Assembly (NCBI GenBank): GCA_050179755.1
Contig: JBFXEV010000001.1
Span: forward strand, 73,994-137,993
Direction: 5' to 3'
DNA length: 64,000 nt
Source of the DNA: Candidatus Babeliales bacterium
Lineage (GTDB): Bacteria > Babelota > Babeliae > Babelales > JBFXEV01
Position 1 is the stretch's first letter. The number at the start of each line of letters is the position of its first letter. A program made the translations under genes and the position numbers. Shown here one piece after another: positions 63,945-64,000 of this stretch. The notes below the pieces were generated by a model. The model was given only the letters and a program-made list of their open reading frames with translations, searched no databases and had not been told where the DNA came from.

Positions 63945-64000
63945 ACGGGCAGCTTTCCTTGCGCACGTGATTTACCTAATATAACTCGTGCCGCTTCATA

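Overview
AT-rich, gene-dense bacterial chromosome segment. Ankyrin/TPR proteins with signal peptides, tandem paralog arrays, a Chlamydia-like tgt/yhhQ pair and outer-membrane barrels suggest a protist-associated intracellular bacterium such as Babeliae (Dependentiae/TM6); this is inference, not a database result. Housekeeping content: PBP1A (partial), rnpB, uppS, rsmA, mreB, glmU, sbcD, SurA/PrsA-like foldases, comF, pgpA, lspA, pheT, trhO, murB, yhhQ, tgt, TrmH, mraY, mnmG, ABC-F, lgt, dnaG, CBS/CorC protein, SPFH/NfeD. No tRNA, rRNA, CRISPR array or transposase was seen. Main oddities: (1) seven mostly unrelated putative secreted proteins with an 18-21 aa signal peptide followed immediately by Met; (2) two full-length tandem rpoD paralogs after dnaG; (3) short palindromic repeats that nest inside each other, one copy lying in P12 of RNase P RNA; (4) three beta-barrel paralogs followed by a 20-Cys acidic Csp-like protein and a DoxX protein; (5) an orphan HEPN protein lacking RxxxxH, coupled to uppS; (6) four M48-like peptidases; (7) GlmU with a signal-peptide-like extension.
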